Assembly: GCA_963717465.1 (NCBI GenBank)
Contig: OY970340.1
Location: 2,496,001-2,560,000, forward strand
Source of the DNA: Candidatus Bathyarchaeota archaeon
GTDB taxonomy: Archaea; Thermoproteota; Bathyarchaeia; Bathyarchaeales; Bathycorpusculaceae
Length of the DNA stretch: 64,000 nucleotides
Direction: 5' to 3'
Under the pieces are notes generated by a model, which was not told where the DNA came from, did not search any database, and saw only the letters and a list, made by a program, of their open reading frames with translations. Positions 61,160 through 64,000 of the stretch are shown here, piece by piece (position 1 is the first letter of the stretch; each line of letters begins with the position of its first letter). A program made the translations under genes and the position numbers.

Positions 61160-61957
61160 TTGAAGAAAATCTACATTGAACCGACTAACCAGTGCAAGAT
61201 CAGAGCGTTATGCTGATATTCGGTTAGGAGCAACCTTGCCAGTGGTGCTCGGAAACCTCATAGCCTTTCACGATGCAGTCTACGAAACAGGCATTCCCAA
61301 GGATTGCTTTATCGATACCGAGACTAAACTTGGAATTGCATTTGTCGCAATGAAACGCAATATCGCTGATCTACCCGCCTTAATAGACATTGGACTTCGA
61401 TTCGGCGCAAAACAATTCCTAATGACAAACGTCTTGCCTTACACTAAGGACATGGTCGACGAAACACTGTACAACCAGGCACTATCCAACGAAACTAGCT
61501 TTATGAATATGAGTCTGCCGCGAATGGATGTTAACGAGGCTACTTACACTCCAATCATTCAGGCTGTACGCAAACTTAACGGTGCCTGGCCAAGCGGCAG
61601 TTCTGAAAACAAGATAAATAACTGCCCATTCATAACCAACGGGGCTGAACGATAAGATGGGATGGCAACATAAGCCCATGCTTACCTCTACTACATGAAC
61701 AAGTCAGTTACCGCAGCCACTCATCCAACAGGAGTGAACGTTTCTCACGCCCATGGAAAATCGGAAACATCATGGAACACAGCTTGAAGGATCTCTGGGA
61801 AACACCAGAGCACCTAGCATTTCGTAGGCGCGTGGAAAACTGGGACTTTGCACCATGCCTTGGCTACGGCGGCTGCAGCATGCAACAGAAAAACGAAGAG
61901 GACTGCTATGGTAATGGATTCCCAACCTGTGGCAACTGCCTGTGGGCCAAGGAGTAA
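61160..61957 (+). pseudogene. Radical SAM/SPASM protein remnant
   Basis: LKKIYIEPTNQC stub joined to a mid-domain segment (FVAMKRNI, TNVLPY), then CPF../RWDGNISPC.PLLH, IGN...SL..LW, DFAPC..GC and PTCGNCLW across frames. Confidence 0.75.
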
Positions 61958-62067
61958 TTCAATGCCCATAAATAACACAAAGCACAGACGCTGCACTAAA
62001 GGCAGGCTGCAAGGAACAGTAGCGAAAGCTAAGTGAGCGATGTTTTCATGCATAACATATTGTTTTG

Positions 62068-62818
62068 TTATCCGAATTTGCCGTTAATGTAATTGTATGT
62101 TAACTCGCTTTTAGGATTATTAAAAAGAGTCTTGGTCTCATTGTACTCAACCAGTTCACCTACATACATAAAAGCTGTATAATTGGAAACACGCGCAGCT
62201 TGCTGCAAATTGTGAGTCACAATAATAACTGTGTACTTCCCTTTGAGTTCTCCAACAAGAGATTCAATACGTGATGTCGGCCGGATCCAAAGCACTACAC
62301 GGTTCATCCATCAAAATCACTTCAGGCTCAACTGCCAAGGCGCGCGCAATACAAAGTCGTTGCTGCTGTCCACCAGAAAGAGAAAACGCGCTCTCATTAA
62401 GGCGATCCTTAACTTCATCCCACAATGCGGCTCCCCGAAGGCTTTTCTCTACAGCCTCATTGAGTTTGCCTCCTTTAGCGGTATTATGGATGCGTGGACC
62501 ATAGGCGACATTGTCGAAAATGCTTTTTGGAAAGGGGTTAGGCTTCTGAAATACCATGCCAATCCTACGTCTCAAATCATAAACGTTACTGCCATCATCA
62601 TAGATGTTTTGGCCATCAAAAATTATCTCGCCTGACGTTCGGCAACCAGTGATAAGATCGTTCATTCTATTGATGGAGCGTATAAGGGTGGATTTGCCGC
62701 ATCCTGAGGGACCCATAATCGCCGTTACAGCTTTCTCTTTAACGTCAAAATCTACATCTTTCAAAACGTGATTACTCTTGAACCAAAGGTTGAATTTTTT
62801 TGTTTGAACGTTTCCCAA
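62068..62818 (-). pseudogene. pstB: Phosphate ABC transporter ATPase PstB, frameshifted
   Basis: [34 protein letters not shown] and DEPCSALDP, then a shift (~62280) to [13 protein letters not shown]...YINGKFG. Confidence 0.88.
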
Positions 62819-63033
62819 ACTTTTTCTCCCCTGCCATAAAGAGGCTCGGCCGATGTTAGGCACTCAAGGATTGCTTTCTGTGACAAAAAAAGGCTCTCTA
62901 ATGTAAATATTGGTTTCCACAATAGGCGTCATAGAATATAATTTGATATATAATCTCTTTAGACAAGGGTTTTATTACATAATTCAATAGGGCAAATATA
63001 CTTGTCTATCAAGTTTTAAGAGAAGGGCTTGGG

Positions 63034-63240
63034 TTGTGGCAAGATAACCAGGACACTGAAAGACGAAAAACCCAGTTTACAGGCGGCTTGGAAAGGGAGG
63101 AAGGGATATCGTCCAAAATGGACATTGATGACAACGCCAACCTAAGGTTAATTATTGAAAGCATAAGAAAAACAGCTGAATGCGCTGCAGATACCGCCGA
63201 GATAGGGCCTAATTTAACTGTCAATATAATTCTTGTGTGA
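63034..63240 (+). pseudogene. C-terminal fragment of a PhoU-like phosphate uptake regulator
   Basis: LRLIIESIRKTAECAADTAEI..NLTV resembles the archaeal PhoU last helix; adjacent to pstB. Confidence 0.55.
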
Positions 63241-63246
63241 AAAAAA

Positions 63247-63819
63247 ATGGCCGAACAAAAAGTTAATTTTTTTGCCACTTTTTATATTAGGCTAAAAAAT
63301 TTTCTCACTAATAGAAAATTCATCACCGATGTAGTTGTTAGATTGGTCATAACTTTTGGAGTTATACTGATTATCGGAGGACTTTACACACTCTTAATGC
63401 TGACAAACCAAGTTTCTCAATCAAGTTCTGCGATTGATTCAGTCCTAACGGTGATATGGTGGATTCCTGGAATCCCTTTATTCTTGGCCGACGTTTACGA
63501 CACTACCGTTACAACCATCGGGATAATTTCTTTCGTTTTGGGGATTGACCTATTTCTTGTTGGATTAGGGCTTTGGGTAAGACACCCTCTTGCACGTTTG
63601 ACTGCAATAATAATATTTGGTCTTGGTGCCTTTTTTCAACTTGTTGAATTTTTCTATATTGGTTATATGGGTATTCCCAGCTATTCTACTCCGACTATTT
63701 TTGCACTAATTGTGGAAGTGATTTTGCTTTATTTTTTACTTTCCAGATTTGACTCGAAAAATCGTTTAAAAGATGAAAAACTCGCTAATTTAGAGAAAAG
63801 TAAACCCTCATATGCTTAA
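63247..63819 (+). CDS. Hypothetical multi-TM membrane protein
   Basis: 190 aa, 4-5 hydrophobic helices, G.GLW....AR motif. Confidence 0.75.
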   Translation: MAEQKVNFFATFYIRLKNFLTNRKFITDVVVRLVITFGVILIIGGLYTLLMLTNQVSQSSSAIDSVLTVIWWIPGIPLFLADVYDTTVTTIGIISFVLGIDLFLVGLGLWVRHPLARLTAIIIFGLGAFFQLVEFFYIGYMGIPSYSTPTIFALIVEVILLYFLLSRFDSKNRLKDEKLANLEKSKPSYA

Positions 63820-64000
63820 AGATCAACGTTTACTTCGATTTAGCTTCTTTGATTATAGTAAGCAAGATAATATTGAACAAATAATTGTAAATCCTCAAAG
63901 TTTAATACGCCATCATGATTCAAATCGCATCTTGGATTTAGGAAACCAGTCTGATAATGAATTACGTAATAATGGACGAAATATTGAAGGTCTGCAAAGT

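Noticed and set aside
1..64000. CRISPR array, rRNA, transposase or integrase
   Set aside because: No regularly spaced repeats or recognisable motifs were seen by eye. Short degenerate elements could have been missed.

Overview
This 64 kb window is archaeal chromosome, most likely Bathyarchaeia. That assignment is inferred from RadA, tandem PurP genes, an EF-2 paralog, BHB-type tRNA introns and general gene style. The left half (about 1-31 kb) is mostly housekeeping: an EF-2 paralog with OGG1, purE-purC-purP-purP, radA, Rqc2, hypE, hypF-C-D and rpiA. The right half is accessory: ABC exporters, regulators, GT-C membrane proteins, a G1 peptidase, a Mo-oxidoreductase operon, a HicBA module and decayed pst/radical SAM genes. 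There are five tRNA genes. Main points of interest: (1) a tRNA-Met(CAT) gene with three BHB-type introns at 37/38, 45/46 and 68/69, the last in the acceptor stem; (2) two identical full tRNA-Thr(GGT) genes exactly 600 bp apart enclosing only hicB-hicA, plus a degenerate third copy enclosing a DUF3795 gene, which looks like a tRNA-delimited cassette array with no integrase; (3) a ~220 nt structured intergenic element with mutually exclusive hairpins and a possible kissing loop upstream of a molybdopterin oxidoreductase; (4) a soluble Mo-enzyme pair with transhydroxylase-like Fe-S cluster loss; (5) an EF-2 paralog lacking the diphthamide His. Several genes carry single-base frameshifts that may be sequencing errors. 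No CRISPR array, rRNA, transposase or integrase was seen. All calls come from motif recognition by eye; no searches were run.
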